In this document: one piece after another, positions 21,121 through 30,760 of the stretch
How the letters are laid out: each line of letters opens with the position of its first letter
How positions within the stretch are numbered: the first letter of the stretch is position 1
IMG/VR virus record: IMGVR_UViG_3300031994_000004
Reading direction: 5' to 3' (one strand)
DNA: 64,000 nt
Source of the DNA: a virus
Lineage: Duplodnaviria > Caudoviricetes
Notes under the pieces: generated by a model
The model's database searches: none
What the model was told of the DNA's origin: nothing
Seen by the model: the letters and a program-made list of their open reading frames with translations, nothing else
Program-made: the position numbers and the translations under genes

Positions 21121-21551
21121 TGGCATCTGTTTTCAAAACAAAAGTAGCAATGCTTGACATTATCAAAAAGTTTGCCGAAGAACTTAGTCAAATTGGCTTT
21201 GTTGATGTGCATCGTTTAAATAACGATGAAGGTCGGCATACTTTCTACATTGATAATGAATTTGTTGGTGACATCTACTTTCATTATCAGAAAGAAAACA
21301 GAAGTATGCGTCGCATTGTTACAAGGTTTAATTACGAAGTTAAAATCTATCATAACATCACTTACAACGCAGATAAGGTTGAAGAAGAATATGACATTAA
21401 ACTGCGTGATATTGTATCACGATATGTAACTGAAGATACCATTGACATTTTGTATGACATTAAAAATATGCTAAAAGATGTTTACAGGAACTATAAGAAA
21501 GCTCAAAATAAAATAAAAGAATTGAAAATGAGCGGTGATTTTTCCGAATAG
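21120..21551 (+). CDS. DF-tail family protein
   Basis: Ends ELKMSGDFSE. Confidence 0.75.
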   Translation: MASVFKTKVAMLDIIKKFAEELSQIGFVDVHRLNNDEGRHTFYIDNEFVGDIYFHYQKENRSMRRIVTRFNYEVKIYHNITYNADKVEEEYDIKLRDIVSRYVTEDTIDILYDIKNMLKDVYRNYKKAQNKIKELKMSGDFSE

Positions 21552-21554
21552 AGG

Positions 21555-21583
21555 TTGACAAAATTATAGATTTTTACTATATT
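21555..21583 (+). promoter_or_regulatory. Sigma70-type promoter without the upstream box
   Basis: TTGACA-N17-TATATT. Confidence 0.7.
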
Positions 21584-21593
21584 GTTGACCGCT

Positions 21594-22175
21594 ATGAAAA
21601 AGATAATTCTATTAACAATTCTATTATTCTCGCTCGGGTTTTCTAGTAGAACTGAGAGCAATTTCGCCGACCTTTATTACATTTCTAAGGGTTCGGAAAT
21701 CATCAAATCTGTAAACAAGAACATTACAGAAAAAGAAGCATTTCAGATTAGTACTGTTGCGTATGAAGAATCTGAAAAATACGATATAGATTTTCATTTT
21801 ACATTGGGGATAATGACAACTGAAAGTCGCTTCAATGTAAATGCGAAATCTTATTGTGGTGCAGTCGGTCTGATGCAACTAATGCCGAAAACTGCCAAAT
21901 ATATCGCAGAGAAATACGATATAGATTATAAGAACTTGTATGATATAGAATCAAACATTCAGATTGGTGTTGCGTATCTGTATCATTTGAAAAACAAGTT
22001 TGGCAGTTACGAATTAACAGCAGCTGGTTACAATGGTGGAAGTGGCGGTGCTAAAAAGTATCACGAATATATGATTGGAAAACGCAAAGCAGACGAAATC
22101 CATAATCAAACTTTAAATTACGTTCCGAAAGTAATGGGATATGTTTATGACTACCGAAAACTCACAAAAATCTAA
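21594..22175 (+). CDS. Lytic transglycosylase (SLT domain) with signal peptide
   Basis: MKKIILLTILLFSLGFS; ESRFN, GAVGLMQLMP, NIQIG, AGYNGG, TLNYVPKV. Confidence 0.9.
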   Translation: MKKIILLTILLFSLGFSSRTESNFADLYYISKGSEIIKSVNKNITEKEAFQISTVAYEESEKYDIDFHFTLGIMTTESRFNVNAKSYCGAVGLMQLMPKTAKYIAEKYDIDYKNLYDIESNIQIGVAYLYHLKNKFGSYELTAAGYNGGSGGAKKYHEYMIGKRKADEIHNQTLNYVPKVMGYVYDYRKLTKI

Positions 22176-22419
22176 AAAATATGTTGTTACAAAACTTTTT
22201 CCACCGGATTTTAATGCGGATCCATATTCTAAATGGAAAGAAAAACAACTGTGCCGGTGCGATACATTAAAAGAATGTGCTGAGTTTATCGTGAACAATG
22301 ATGAATACTGGTATAATTGCCGATATGGTAAACAGGACCTGAAACAAGAACTTTGTGATTTGATTATAAAGCTTAAAAATCTACGAAAACGCAGTAATTC
22401 ATTGGAATCCGATTTTTAG
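22141..22419 (+). CDS. DF-tail family protein
   Basis: Ends RSNSLESDF; start uncertain. Confidence 0.7.
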   Translation: MFMTTENSQKSKKYVVTKLFPPDFNADPYSKWKEKQLCRCDTLKECAEFIVNNDEYWYNCRYGKQDLKQELCDLIIKLKNLRKRSNSLESDF

Positions 22420-22483
22420 TAAACAAAATTTTACATATTTATCCACAAAAACCATTGACAAGGTCGGTGGTTTTTTCTATATT
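22418..22483 (+). promoter_or_regulatory. Early promoter cassette
   Basis: Box 22418-22435, TTGACA 22455, TATATT 22478, hairpin with two G.U pairs. Confidence 0.85.
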
Positions 22484-22513
22484 AAACTTAAACAATTAAC
22501 AAAGAGGTACAAA

Positions 22514-22819
22514 ATGTCAACTTTCCTGTTCGTTATGCTAATTCTAGAGGCAATTTTCACTGTGTATGCGATTGTTGCTGCTATGTTATCTGATGAAAAG
22601 GACGCTGCTACTAAATTCGTTGGTAGCATTATCCGACTGGTGTTGGTAATCGTGGCCTGCGTATTTGGTGGAGCTTGGGCAACTGTTATTGGCATCATTT
22701 ATGGTGCTGTTGGTAATGGACTTGGTTTTCTGTATAATGCAGCAAAGAAGAACGAAATCAAAACTATGGTTTGTTTGGTGTTTATGATTTTATTCATTGT
22801 GGCACTCGCAAACAACTAA
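22514..22819 (+). CDS. Small multi-pass membrane protein
   Basis: About 4 hydrophobic segments; GAGGT SD. Confidence 0.75.
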   Translation: MSTFLFVMLILEAIFTVYAIVAAMLSDEKDAATKFVGSIIRLVLVIVACVFGGAWATVIGIIYGAVGNGLGFLYNAAKKNEIKTMVCLVFMILFIVALANN

Positions 22820-22846
22820 TAACAAATTAACAAAGAGAGGTAAAAT

Positions 22847-23215
22847 ATGTCACAGTATTCACACGATGAACAGATGGAATTTCTTTATGAATTTGCGAAG
22901 AACTATCAGCACTATGTTCCTGACGCAAAGGACAATATGAGGGCTAGTGATTGTTTGAAGAAGCCCAACACTCTCCGAGCTGCTCAGGCTCAGTTGAAGT
23001 TGATTCGTGACCGTTCCAAGTTCTATCGCAGGCTGAAGGCATTTCTCCAGCACGGCATTAAGATTTACTCATTTGAAGGAACTCAGTGGGAAGAATTGGA
23101 AAGTGACGAATTGCGTCAGTGGCTCAAGTTGGCGGTAGATGTCTATGCGGGTTCTAATGCTCAGTCTGTTAAGGACCAAGAAATCACGAAGCTCGCCGGT
23201 GCGATTACGATGTAA
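22847..23215 (+). CDS. Hypothetical protein
   Basis: GAGAGGT SD. Confidence 0.75.
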   Translation: MSQYSHDEQMEFLYEFAKNYQHYVPDAKDNMRASDCLKKPNTLRAAQAQLKLIRDRSKFYRRLKAFLQHGIKIYSFEGTQWEELESDELRQWLKLAVDVYAGSNAQSVKDQEITKLAGAITM

Positions 23216-23229
23216 ATTTAAGGAAACAA

Positions 23230-23856
23230 ATGCTCAATCTAAAAGAATACATTGACGGCATTAGGCCGTTATTGAATGTCCCGTTTGACTATACACCAAA
23301 CTGCTATTATGGCGGTTCTTACGATATGAGAGTTAGGTTCCAGATACAAATGGCTCAACTACCTAAATCGTTTGACTTCGCACGTACTGTTATCCACCCG
23401 GACAGTTTTCTTTTTGATTGTTCGTTCACATTAACCGAACATGAAACGGACCCTAGCCACGTTTCCTGTCAAATACTGTATTGGTTTTTGCGTGATTATC
23501 TGATTGGTACTCAGTATCAGTTCCTAGATTTAATGGAACGAATGGAAGAAAACAAATTTTTACCAGATAATCAAAAGAAATTCCTGGATAGAAATATGTT
23601 TATCCAACAGAAGTCCGAAGTTTTCCCATTGACTGAGATTGTAACTAAATTTAAACAATATCTGGAGATTTTGAGAAAGCAGTATTACGGAATTTTACAT
23701 ATTGCTGAAGACCCAATTTATAAGCAGTATTACAAAGAAATTACGGCTTTGGAAAATAAAATTGACGAAATCAACAAACAGAAACGAGAACTGATAGATA
23801 AAATGAGTAAACAAATCCAAAAGGACATTAAAATCTATAAAGAATTTGAGATGTAA
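23230..23856 (+). CDS. Coiled-coil protein, possible DF-tail variant
   Basis: Long C-terminal coiled coil ending DIKIYKEFEM. Confidence 0.65.
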   Translation: MLNLKEYIDGIRPLLNVPFDYTPNCYYGGSYDMRVRFQIQMAQLPKSFDFARTVIHPDSFLFDCSFTLTEHETDPSHVSCQILYWFLRDYLIGTQYQFLDLMERMEENKFLPDNQKKFLDRNMFIQQKSEVFPLTEIVTKFKQYLEILRKQYYGILHIAEDPIYKQYYKEITALENKIDEINKQKRELIDKMSKQIQKDIKIYKEFEM

Positions 23857-23917
23857 AATTCTTTTTACAATTATTTCCTAAATCGTCATTGACAATGTGA
23901 CGATTTTTTGCTATATT
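23852..23917 (+). promoter_or_regulatory. Early promoter cassette
   Basis: Box 23852-23869 overlapping the upstream stop, TTGACA 23889, TATATT 23912, hairpin. Confidence 0.85.
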
Positions 23918-23947
23918 TAACTTGTAAATTAAAAATGAGGTATCTTT

Positions 23948-24787
23948 ATGAACGCAATTAAAACTCTCGCCAAACTTCATAATTGGAATGTTCCGACTGT
24001 TTGCCCGATTTGTGGTAGTGAATTGGAACTGTCCGAAAATCATTGTCAGCTCAAATGTGTAAATGATTTCTGTCAGAGCAAGACTGCCGGTCGCATTAAC
24101 AAATGGACTGGGATTTTGGATGTGAAGGAATTTGGTTTGAGAACGATTAACCTGCTCATTGACAACGGTATTGTTGATTCAATTTCGTCCCTCTACAAAA
24201 TGGACCTGAACAAGATTGCGAAAATTGAAGGAATGGGTAAGCGCTCAGCAGAGAAAATGAAGAAGGAATTGGATGCCCATAAGGAAATGACATTGGCGAA
24301 GTTTATCGCTGGTTACAACATTGAAGGTGTTGGTGAGAAGTTCATTGAGAACATTATCAGTTCCAAGAAGTTCAAGAATTTTAATGATTTCTTCGCTTAT
24401 TCTAAATCTCCGACCCGCTTTACTTGCGACGGTGTGGGTGATGTGATTAGCACGAAGTTGGCGGAAGGTTTGAAGGCCCTGAAGAGTGATATGGAAAAGA
24501 CACTCCAGTTCGTAACGATTAAGAACGCAGCTCCGAAGAAGGTGGTTGCTGGTGGTTCGTTGGGAGGTAAATCTTTCTGTTTCACCGGTGCTGCTAGTAT
24601 GCCGCGAAAGAAGCTCTGGGAACTGGTTGAAAAGAATGGTGGTGTGGTTCACGAAGGCATCAAGAAGGACACTGACTTCTTGGTTCTCGCAGATGTGAAT
24701 AGCACATCGGGTAAGGCCAAAGCGGCTCGTAAGCAGGGCATTACTCTCCTGAGCGAAGCAGATTTTATCAAAATGTGCGTAGTGTAA
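23948..24787 (+). CDS. ligA: NAD-dependent DNA ligase, C-terminal subunit (Zn finger, HhH, BRCT)
   Basis: PTVCPICGS...CVNDFC, IEGMGKRSA, IEGVGE, DGVGDV, GKSFCFTG...KTDFLV-like BRCT. Confidence 0.9.
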   Translation: MNAIKTLAKLHNWNVPTVCPICGSELELSENHCQLKCVNDFCQSKTAGRINKWTGILDVKEFGLRTINLLIDNGIVDSISSLYKMDLNKIAKIEGMGKRSAEKMKKELDAHKEMTLAKFIAGYNIEGVGEKFIENIISSKKFKNFNDFFAYSKSPTRFTCDGVGDVISTKLAEGLKALKSDMEKTLQFVTIKNAAPKKVVAGGSLGGKSFCFTGAASMPRKKLWELVEKNGGVVHEGIKKDTDFLVLADVNSTSGKAKAARKQGITLLSEADFIKMCVV

Positions 24788-25099
24788 ATGGTTGATTTTG
24801 CTTTTTTCACTAGCCAGGCGGAAATATTAAATCTAAATTGTTTGCTTACTGGTGATTGCTATTACATTGGAACAGCTAAACCTGAAACAGAATTGATGCG
24901 ATATAATCTTTATGACAAATCTGTAACAGTATGGCCGAGAGTGTATTATAGTGACCTAATGAAAGAAATTAGAACTGAACATGAGAGTGTTGAAGTTAAT
25001 ACGAATGAAGGACTTGAAGAACTATGTGGTATAATTCAGATGAATTTAAAGAACGTCAAAATGAAACGTCGTTTGTCTAAAATGAATGAGGATTTTTAA
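24788..25099 (+). CDS. DF-tail family protein
   Basis: Ends RLSKMNEDF. Confidence 0.8.
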   Translation: MVDFAFFTSQAEILNLNCLLTGDCYYIGTAKPETELMRYNLYDKSVTVWPRVYYSDLMKEIRTEHESVEVNTNEGLEELCGIIQMNLKNVKMKRRLSKMNEDF

Positions 25100-25809
25100 T
25101 GTTTAAGAAAACAGAAATTGTAAATTTTCAACTGGAAGATGCAGTTCCTGAAACTTCATATCTTCATTCCAAATACTGGACGAAGTATGGTGGGAATTAT
25201 CGTTTGCAGTTGACTGCTCACAATTTTTTAGAAGCGTGTTTTAAAACTCAGACAGAATTTGAAATTGAACAACCAGGTTTTTGTGACCTGTGCGATGAAA
25301 AAGATACAATTTGGGTTAATTTCTACCAATATGTTGAAATAAACGGGTATGAATTTAAAATTCCTGCACCAGTGCTGGATTGGGGAATTCGTCCAAGTCC
25401 ATCTGGTTTAATTACCGAGAATTATTTTAATGTGTTCAATGTAGATAAGCCAAAAAAAGAACGAATTTATGAATATGTTGATTACTATAAGAAGCACAAA
25501 AATCCGCTTCCGTATGGAACTGATTATCACGATTACTGCACAAAAGAAGTACGAACAAACCAAATTTGGATTGAAGATTTAAGTGATTTTGATAAAATAA
25601 TTGAAGTAGTTCGCCCGTATGCCAAACAACAGAAAGAAGAACTTTTCAAATATGCTTCTATGTTTAATGTATTGGAAGAAACACAATATACAGAAAAGAT
25701 GGAAGCATACAAAAAGCAAATCGCAGATTTGAACAAAATGAGAAATGATTTTACTGATAAGACAGTAGATTCCATTTTAAAACAAATTAACTTACAAGGA
25801 GATTTTTAA
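25099..25809 (+). CDS. DF-tail family protein, coiled-coil subtype
   Basis: Ends KQINLQGDF. Confidence 0.8.
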   Translation: MFKKTEIVNFQLEDAVPETSYLHSKYWTKYGGNYRLQLTAHNFLEACFKTQTEFEIEQPGFCDLCDEKDTIWVNFYQYVEINGYEFKIPAPVLDWGIRPSPSGLITENYFNVFNVDKPKKERIYEYVDYYKKHKNPLPYGTDYHDYCTKEVRTNQIWIEDLSDFDKIIEVVRPYAKQQKEELFKYASMFNVLEETQYTEKMEAYKKQIADLNKMRNDFTDKTVDSILKQINLQGDF

Positions 25810-25810
25810 T

Positions 25811-26380
25811 ATGTTTACGCCGGAACAAGTAGCACAAGTACAGAAAGCAAACGAATTTATCAAATCTAATCTACCACAGGTAAAGACAGTTCATCCGACC
25901 TTTGAAAAGAAGCGTTTAGTTTGTCTAATCAAAATGAAGGATTTGGATTGTGAAGTTGCTGAACGAGTGAAAAAAGAAATCCATAAAGACCGGACATTTC
26001 TTTATGTAAAATTCTTGAAGGACTTCAGCATTGAATGTTCTTACAACAAGATTGATTTTGCGAAACTACCAAAGTCAGAACCTTGTGGCAGTTATTTTGT
26101 GACTGACAGTATGTTAAATGTAACTGAAATTGAAGATGAAGAAACTGATGTGGCTACTCTGAAGAAGGGTTTCAACGCAGTTATTCAGCAACTTAATGCT
26201 ATTGACCAGATCATCAATTCTCCTGATTTGGTTCATTTTAAAACTGAAATTGACAATACCTATGAAGAAGAACGCAAACTCAAAGCACAGCTCAAAGCTC
26301 TTGACGAAAAGAGAACACTTCTTTATAGAAAGAAAAAGGATTGTTACAAGAAAATTATCAGTATGGCAGAGGATTTTTAA
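25811..26380 (+). CDS. DF-tail family protein, coiled-coil subtype
   Basis: Ends KIISMAEDF. Confidence 0.8.
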   Translation: MFTPEQVAQVQKANEFIKSNLPQVKTVHPTFEKKRLVCLIKMKDLDCEVAERVKKEIHKDRTFLYVKFLKDFSIECSYNKIDFAKLPKSEPCGSYFVTDSMLNVTEIEDEETDVATLKKGFNAVIQQLNAIDQIINSPDLVHFKTEIDNTYEEERKLKAQLKALDEKRTLLYRKKKDCYKKIISMAEDF

Positions 26381-26649
26381 TGACTTTTGATTCTCTAAAA
26401 CAGGAATGTGATGAGATAAATGTTACCTTTAATGGTAAACTTCTATTCTATCACAAGGAAATTGTTGGAAGATACTATCACAATGATGACAATGAACTTG
26501 TATGTGATGTTATTTCTATTGGTTCACCATACCCAGCTGAAGGACTTAACAATGAAAACGAAATAATGAATTGTCTTGTTAAAGCCATAAAGTATTTTAA
26601 GAAACTAGAAAATGAAAAAAGATTAAGAAGGATAGAAAATGATTTTTAA
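26380..26649 (+). CDS. DF-tail family protein
   Basis: TAATG start at 26380; ends RLRRIENDF. Confidence 0.8.
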   Translation: MTFDSLKQECDEINVTFNGKLLFYHKEIVGRYYHNDDNELVCDVISIGSPYPAEGLNNENEIMNCLVKAIKYFKKLENEKRLRRIENDF

Positions 26650-27178
26650 GGTGTTTGAGAAATTTGGGATTGACCTACAACAGCATTGTTCAGGTGACTT
26701 TGGTGATTTTAAAACATACGATTTAAATCTGGGTGATTTTGATTCACTGAAATATGCTGAAAACATAGACTGGGGCTGTATGAAAGTTATTTACAATAAA
26801 GGTACATATTCCATTATGGGGTATCTGCCGACCATTAACTTTAATGGCATAAAGACAATGCTCATAACTTACACGAATACAAATGTGCTTCGCTACGGCC
26901 AAAATGTTAGGACAGTTAAAATCATTGAAGATAAACAAATTACTGAAAAGAATTTTGACCGCGTTGTTGCCAATGTTAAACATTTCCTGGATAAGTTTGA
27001 CGAACAAGAAATAAAAATTCAACAGTTCTTAGGTACATTAAATCTGGACGATTTTAGGGAGACAGTTGTAACATTGACAAATGAAATAAAAGAAAAAATG
27101 ACTGCGCTTGATGAATACAAAGAAAAATTTTACAAGAATGTTAAATCACAACTTTCTGTAACGAAGGATTTTGAATGA
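26639..27178 (+). CDS. DF-tail family protein, coiled-coil subtype
   Basis: Ends QLSVTKDFE. Confidence 0.75.
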   Translation: MIFKVFEKFGIDLQQHCSGDFGDFKTYDLNLGDFDSLKYAENIDWGCMKVIYNKGTYSIMGYLPTINFNGIKTMLITYTNTNVLRYGQNVRTVKIIEDKQITEKNFDRVVANVKHFLDKFDEQEIKIQQFLGTLNLDDFRETVVTLTNEIKEKMTALDEYKEKFYKNVKSQLSVTKDFE

Positions 27179-27498
27179 CGAGTGAACAAGAACCATCAAT
27201 GTTACCAGAATACAAGAAAGTATTAGATGCATTTGGTTTGAAACACGTTGGTGATGGATGTTATAGCTGGAATGGGCACTGGCTAGTGTCTTACTATGGT
27301 GATAAAGATTTCAGTATGTGGGCAGTTATGCAGGGTATTAGAAAGGAATGGATTAAAAATGACCCGTTTATTTCATTGGGTGGTTGTGAATGTATGAGTC
27401 CTGAAGAACTGGAAGAACGAATTAGTGGCATAATAAAAAAGTACAACCAAGTTAAAGAAGAAATTAAACTGGAAAATTTACAGAAGGATTTCAAATGA
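27175..27498 (+). CDS. DF-tail family protein
   Basis: Ends KLENLQKDFK. Confidence 0.8.
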   Translation: MTSEQEPSMLPEYKKVLDAFGLKHVGDGCYSWNGHWLVSYYGDKDFSMWAVMQGIRKEWIKNDPFISLGGCECMSPEELEERISGIIKKYNQVKEEIKLENLQKDFK

Positions 27499-28082
27499 GA
27501 AAGGACATTAAAGCCTTTTTAGAACAAAATAACTTTGTTTACGAAAACAGAGATTTCACTGAATATGTTCCAGGGAATTCATACTACAACTCACTAGGTT
27601 GCTGGGTTTCGGAATACCATCAGATATTTTACAGACAGTATAAGTATTTCCAAGTTATGTTGTTTGTGGCACCGCATTTTGATAAGCGTTTTCCACCACA
27701 CAAAAAACGAGGTTATATTTTCACTCCATATCTGACTAAACAAGAGCAGATTGATTCTTACATTTATACAGACTGCGTATATTTCAAAATGCGAAACATT
27801 GAAATAGATTATGGAAAACAAGCAAATCAAACTGATGAGTATGCTACTCCATTGAGATGTTTAACTGAAAAAATGAACACTTATCAGGGTATCAGGAAAA
27901 TGCGAAAACTGCATAAAAAACTTTGCCCAACAAAATTTAAGGGCAACTGGAAAAATATGAGTATTCCGCAATTAAAGAAAATGATTACAGAATTTGAAAC
28001 TTACGATTTGGCATTAGAAAAAGCCATAAAAGAAAGAAAAATGTTTAAGAAAGTTAACAAAATCAGTGAAGACTTCGTGTAA
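27495..28082 (+). CDS. DF-tail family protein
   Basis: Ends KVNKISEDFV. Confidence 0.8.
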   Translation: MRKDIKAFLEQNNFVYENRDFTEYVPGNSYYNSLGCWVSEYHQIFYRQYKYFQVMLFVAPHFDKRFPPHKKRGYIFTPYLTKQEQIDSYIYTDCVYFKMRNIEIDYGKQANQTDEYATPLRCLTEKMNTYQGIRKMRKLHKKLCPTKFKGNWKNMSIPQLKKMITEFETYDLALEKAIKERKMFKKVNKISEDFV

Positions 28083-28133
28083 ATTTCTTTTTACATAAAA
28101 TTCATTGACAAACTTCATTTTATTATCTATATT
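28078..28133 (+). promoter_or_regulatory. Early promoter cassette (box 9 bp from the -35)
   Basis: Box 28078-28095, TTGACA 28105, TATATT 28128. Confidence 0.85.
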
Positions 28134-28160
28134 ATTACTACAAAACAACAAGAGGTACAA

Positions 28161-28463
28161 ATGAAAGTTTTTGAAATTCAGCATCCTGGATACAAGGCAT
28201 TGGTTACAGTTAAGAACATTGAAGGTGTTTCTGATGTAACTGAAACTGAAAATGTTGAATATGCTGGTGACATTCATGAAAAAACGGAACAGTCATTTAA
28301 AATTTATATGAAATCTAATGCGGACTACACAATTAAATCTACTGATAAGATTTATTCGCTTTCGGATTCTCATAGAAATGGTAAATGGGAAATTAAAAGA
28401 AACGAAATTCCATTTGACGAATTTTATACTGAAATTGCTATCGCACTAATTCAACAGGACTAA
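28161..28463 (+). CDS. Hypothetical early protein
   Basis: GAGGT SD. Confidence 0.75.
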   Translation: MKVFEIQHPGYKALVTVKNIEGVSDVTETENVEYAGDIHEKTEQSFKIYMKSNADYTIKSTDKIYSLSDSHRNGKWEIKRNEIPFDEFYTEIAIALIQQD

Positions 28464-28478
28464 TAAGGAGACAAACAA

Positions 28479-28802
28479 ATGAGCAAGAAGACTGACTATT
28501 GGACTGAATACGAAAAGCAGGTTGCCGAATGGTTTGCATCTGGTGATTGTAACTGCGTAGAAAAGACCAAGAAGGCCTGTGAAGAACAGAAGAAACTTTG
28601 GAATTCTCAGCATAAGTATGAAATTGTTGGGAATAAGTGGGACCCGTGGAATCAAGCTGGTATTCCTTGGGAAACCTGGAACAATATGTATATGGAAAAT
28701 ATGGACCCGGACAAGCGCAAGAAGTTAATTGACACTATTAACGAGTCCAGGGCTGATGACCAGGAATGGATTTACTTTAAGAATCGTTTGAACAATCTTT
28801 AA
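28479..28802 (+). CDS. Hypothetical protein
   Basis: AAGGAG SD. Confidence 0.75.
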   Translation: MSKKTDYWTEYEKQVAEWFASGDCNCVEKTKKACEEQKKLWNSQHKYEIVGNKWDPWNQAGIPWETWNNMYMENMDPDKRKKLIDTINESRADDQEWIYFKNRLNNL

Positions 28803-28811
28803 GGACAAACT

Positions 28812-29138
28812 ATGTACCAATTTCCGAAATTTACAAAGAATAAAGTAAAACAAGCATTCTTGAATGCTGGTGGATGGCGGGTAATTGAAGAAAATGATGG
28901 TGTGCTTGAACTAATGCCCAATGGGTATAAGGCAAAAGAAGGCTTTCTTTTTCTGTTTGTGGAAACTGAAGAAGAATCAAAAGAAAATGATATGCCGATT
29001 GGTGAAGCCTATCATATTGATGTAAACCCGTGGGTAGCAGTAGACTGGCTTACGGCTGAAGATTATGATAATCTAAATCAAATTGTAGATGCCGCCAATG
29101 CTTGTGTAAAAGATTATGGAAAAAGGTATAAGTATTAA
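28812..29138 (+). CDS. Hypothetical protein
   Basis: AAGGA SD. Confidence 0.75.
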   Translation: MYQFPKFTKNKVKQAFLNAGGWRVIEENDGVLELMPNGYKAKEGFLFLFVETEEESKENDMPIGEAYHIDVNPWVAVDWLTAEDYDNLNQIVDAANACVKDYGKRYKY

Positions 29139-29142
29139 GTAG

Positions 29143-29208
29143 TGTAAACAAATTTTTACACAAAATGTGTGAAAATCCATTGACAAGCACTCTACAATTT
29201 TCTATATT
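29143..29208 (+). promoter_or_regulatory. Early promoter cassette
   Basis: Box 29143-29160, TTGACA 29180, TATATT 29203. Confidence 0.85.
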
Positions 29209-29239
29209 TGTATCAAACTAAAAAAGAGGTATAAAAATT

Positions 29240-30649
29240 ATGGCAAAGAACACAAAGAACACAAAGAAGACCACGAAGAAGACTGTTAAGACCACCGCAA
29301 AGAAGGCAGAAACCACAAAGAAGGTTCCACATCTTAAGGTTCACGATGGCGCTGACTTTTTCGCTCACAAGCACATCATCAATTTCTTAACTGAAACTGA
29401 CCTCTACAAATTCACCCAGCAGCAGTTCTATCTCCACGTTCGTCCGAATGACCGAGCAAAGTGGGAATTTAAGTGCCGCACTAAGGGTGTAAATCTCGCT
29501 CCGCTCTGTAAGCGAATTAACGAGGAATTGGATTGGTTGTGTACTTTGAAGTTCCAACAGTTTGAATTGGACTGGTTTAAGAAGCAGAATTATTTTGCTC
29601 ACGATTATGTTGAATTTTTGGAAGATTTCCAACTGAAGCGTCGCCACATCAAGTGCTATACTGACAAGAAGAATACTACTTTGTTCGTAGAAGCAGAAGG
29701 TTCTCAGAAGAATGTTTCTCCGTTTGAAATTTATGTTCTCCACATCATCCAGGCACTTTGGATGGCAGATGAAGAACTTGATTGGGATAGGGCAAAGACA
29801 AATCTTGACAACGAAATTGCCAAGGTGAACGCAGCAACCAGAGCTGGCATCAAGTTCACGATTTCCGATTTTTCTGTTCGCCGCACTATTTCTAGCGAAT
29901 GGGAAGATTACATGGTCGGTCGTATGCTTGCTATGTGCCCGGCATTTGTTGGAACTAGCAACGTCTATCTCGCCATCAAGCACAACTGCACGGCTATTGG
30001 CACCTTCGCTCACGAATTGGATGCCACCTATCAGGGCCTTTCGGATGTGACGATTGCGAATGCTCAGAAACAGAAGCTCACTGATTGGGCAAATGAATAT
30101 GACGGCAAGTTGGGCATCGCTCTCTCTGACAACTATGGTTTCAAGAGTTTCTTGAATGACTTTGGACTGAAGTTTGCGAAGCTCTTTGATGGTTGCCGTC
30201 ACGATAGCGGCGACCCGATTCGTTGGGGTGAAATGCTGATTGCTCACTATAAGAAGTTGGGCATTGACCCGACCACGAAGGTTGCTTGCTGGTCTGACTC
30301 GCTTGACATTGACAAGGCTCTCGCCATCGCAAAGCACTTCAATGGTCGCATCAAGATTGCGTTCGGCATCGGTACGTATCTCGGCGCAACTGTCTGTGGC
30401 ACAAAGAAGAATCCACTCTCTATGGTTATGAAGGTTGTGGAAGTGAATGGCAAGCCAGCTACTAAACTTAGCGACAGTAAGGGTAAAACTCTCTGTCAGG
30501 ACGAAGCATATAATGAATATGTGCGTAAGGTCCATAACTATAAATCTATTGATGACATGACAGTTGAAGAAATTACAGCAATGTTGCCTGATTTTAAGAA
30601 TGTTCTTTTAACTGATGTTTACAATGGAAATAATATAAATAATGTATAA
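29240..30649 (+). CDS. pncB: Nicotinate phosphoribosyltransferase
   Basis: ETDLYKFT, DFSVRR, GTSNVYLA, GTFAHE, RHDSGDP, SDSLD, FGIGT, KLSDSKGK as in E. coli-type PncB. Confidence 0.92.
   Translation: MAKNTKNTKKTTKKTVKTTAKKAETTKKVPHLKVHDGADFFAHKHIINFLTETDLYKFTQQQFYLHVRPNDRAKWEFKCRTKGVNLAPLCKRINEELDWLCTLKFQQFELDWFKKQNYFAHDYVEFLEDFQLKRRHIKCYTDKKNTTLFVEAEGSQKNVSPFEIYVLHIIQALWMADEELDWDRAKTNLDNEIAKVNAATRAGIKFTISDFSVRRTISSEWEDYMVGRMLAMCPAFVGTSNVYLAIKHNCTAIGTFAHELDATYQGLSDVTIANAQKQKLTDWANEYDGKLGIALSDNYGFKSFLNDFGLKFAKLFDGCRHDSGDPIRWGEMLIAHYKKLGIDPTTKVACWSDSLDIDKALAIAKHFNGRIKIAFGIGTYLGATVCGTKKNPLSMVMKVVEVNGKPATKLSDSKGKTLCQDEAYNEYVRKVHNYKSIDDMTVEEITAMLPDFKNVLLTDVYNGNNINNV
30634..30641 (+). promoter_or_regulatory. 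T4-type late promoter within the pncB 3' end, upstream of the endonuclease
   Basis: Exact TATAAATA. Confidence 0.55.
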
Positions 30650-30652
30650 TTG

Positions 30653-30760
30653 TTTGGAAGGCAATTAACATTATTGAATTTTTTAGAAACCCCAGGTATG
30701 TGAGCCTTCCAAATATAAGCGTACTTTGGGGTTTCTTATTTTCATATATGGAAGGCTAGT
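30653..30760 (+). promoter_or_regulatory. Structured 5' leader with anti-SD element
   Basis: Stem 30685-30694/30727-30736; loop AGCCTTCCAAA is complementary to both TTTGGAAGGC (30653) and the SD region TGGAAGGCT. Confidence 0.6.

Noticed and set aside
18364-23948. Intron or intein joining the two ligase halves
   Set aside because: The interval holds ordinary genes and promoters, both halves have their own starts and stops, and no splicing motifs were seen.
29387-30535. Long minus-strand ORFs (also 17468-18274, 34568-35422, 37828-38658, 43251-43832)
   Set aside because: They are antisense shadows of well-supported + strand enzymes, with no motifs or SD of their own.
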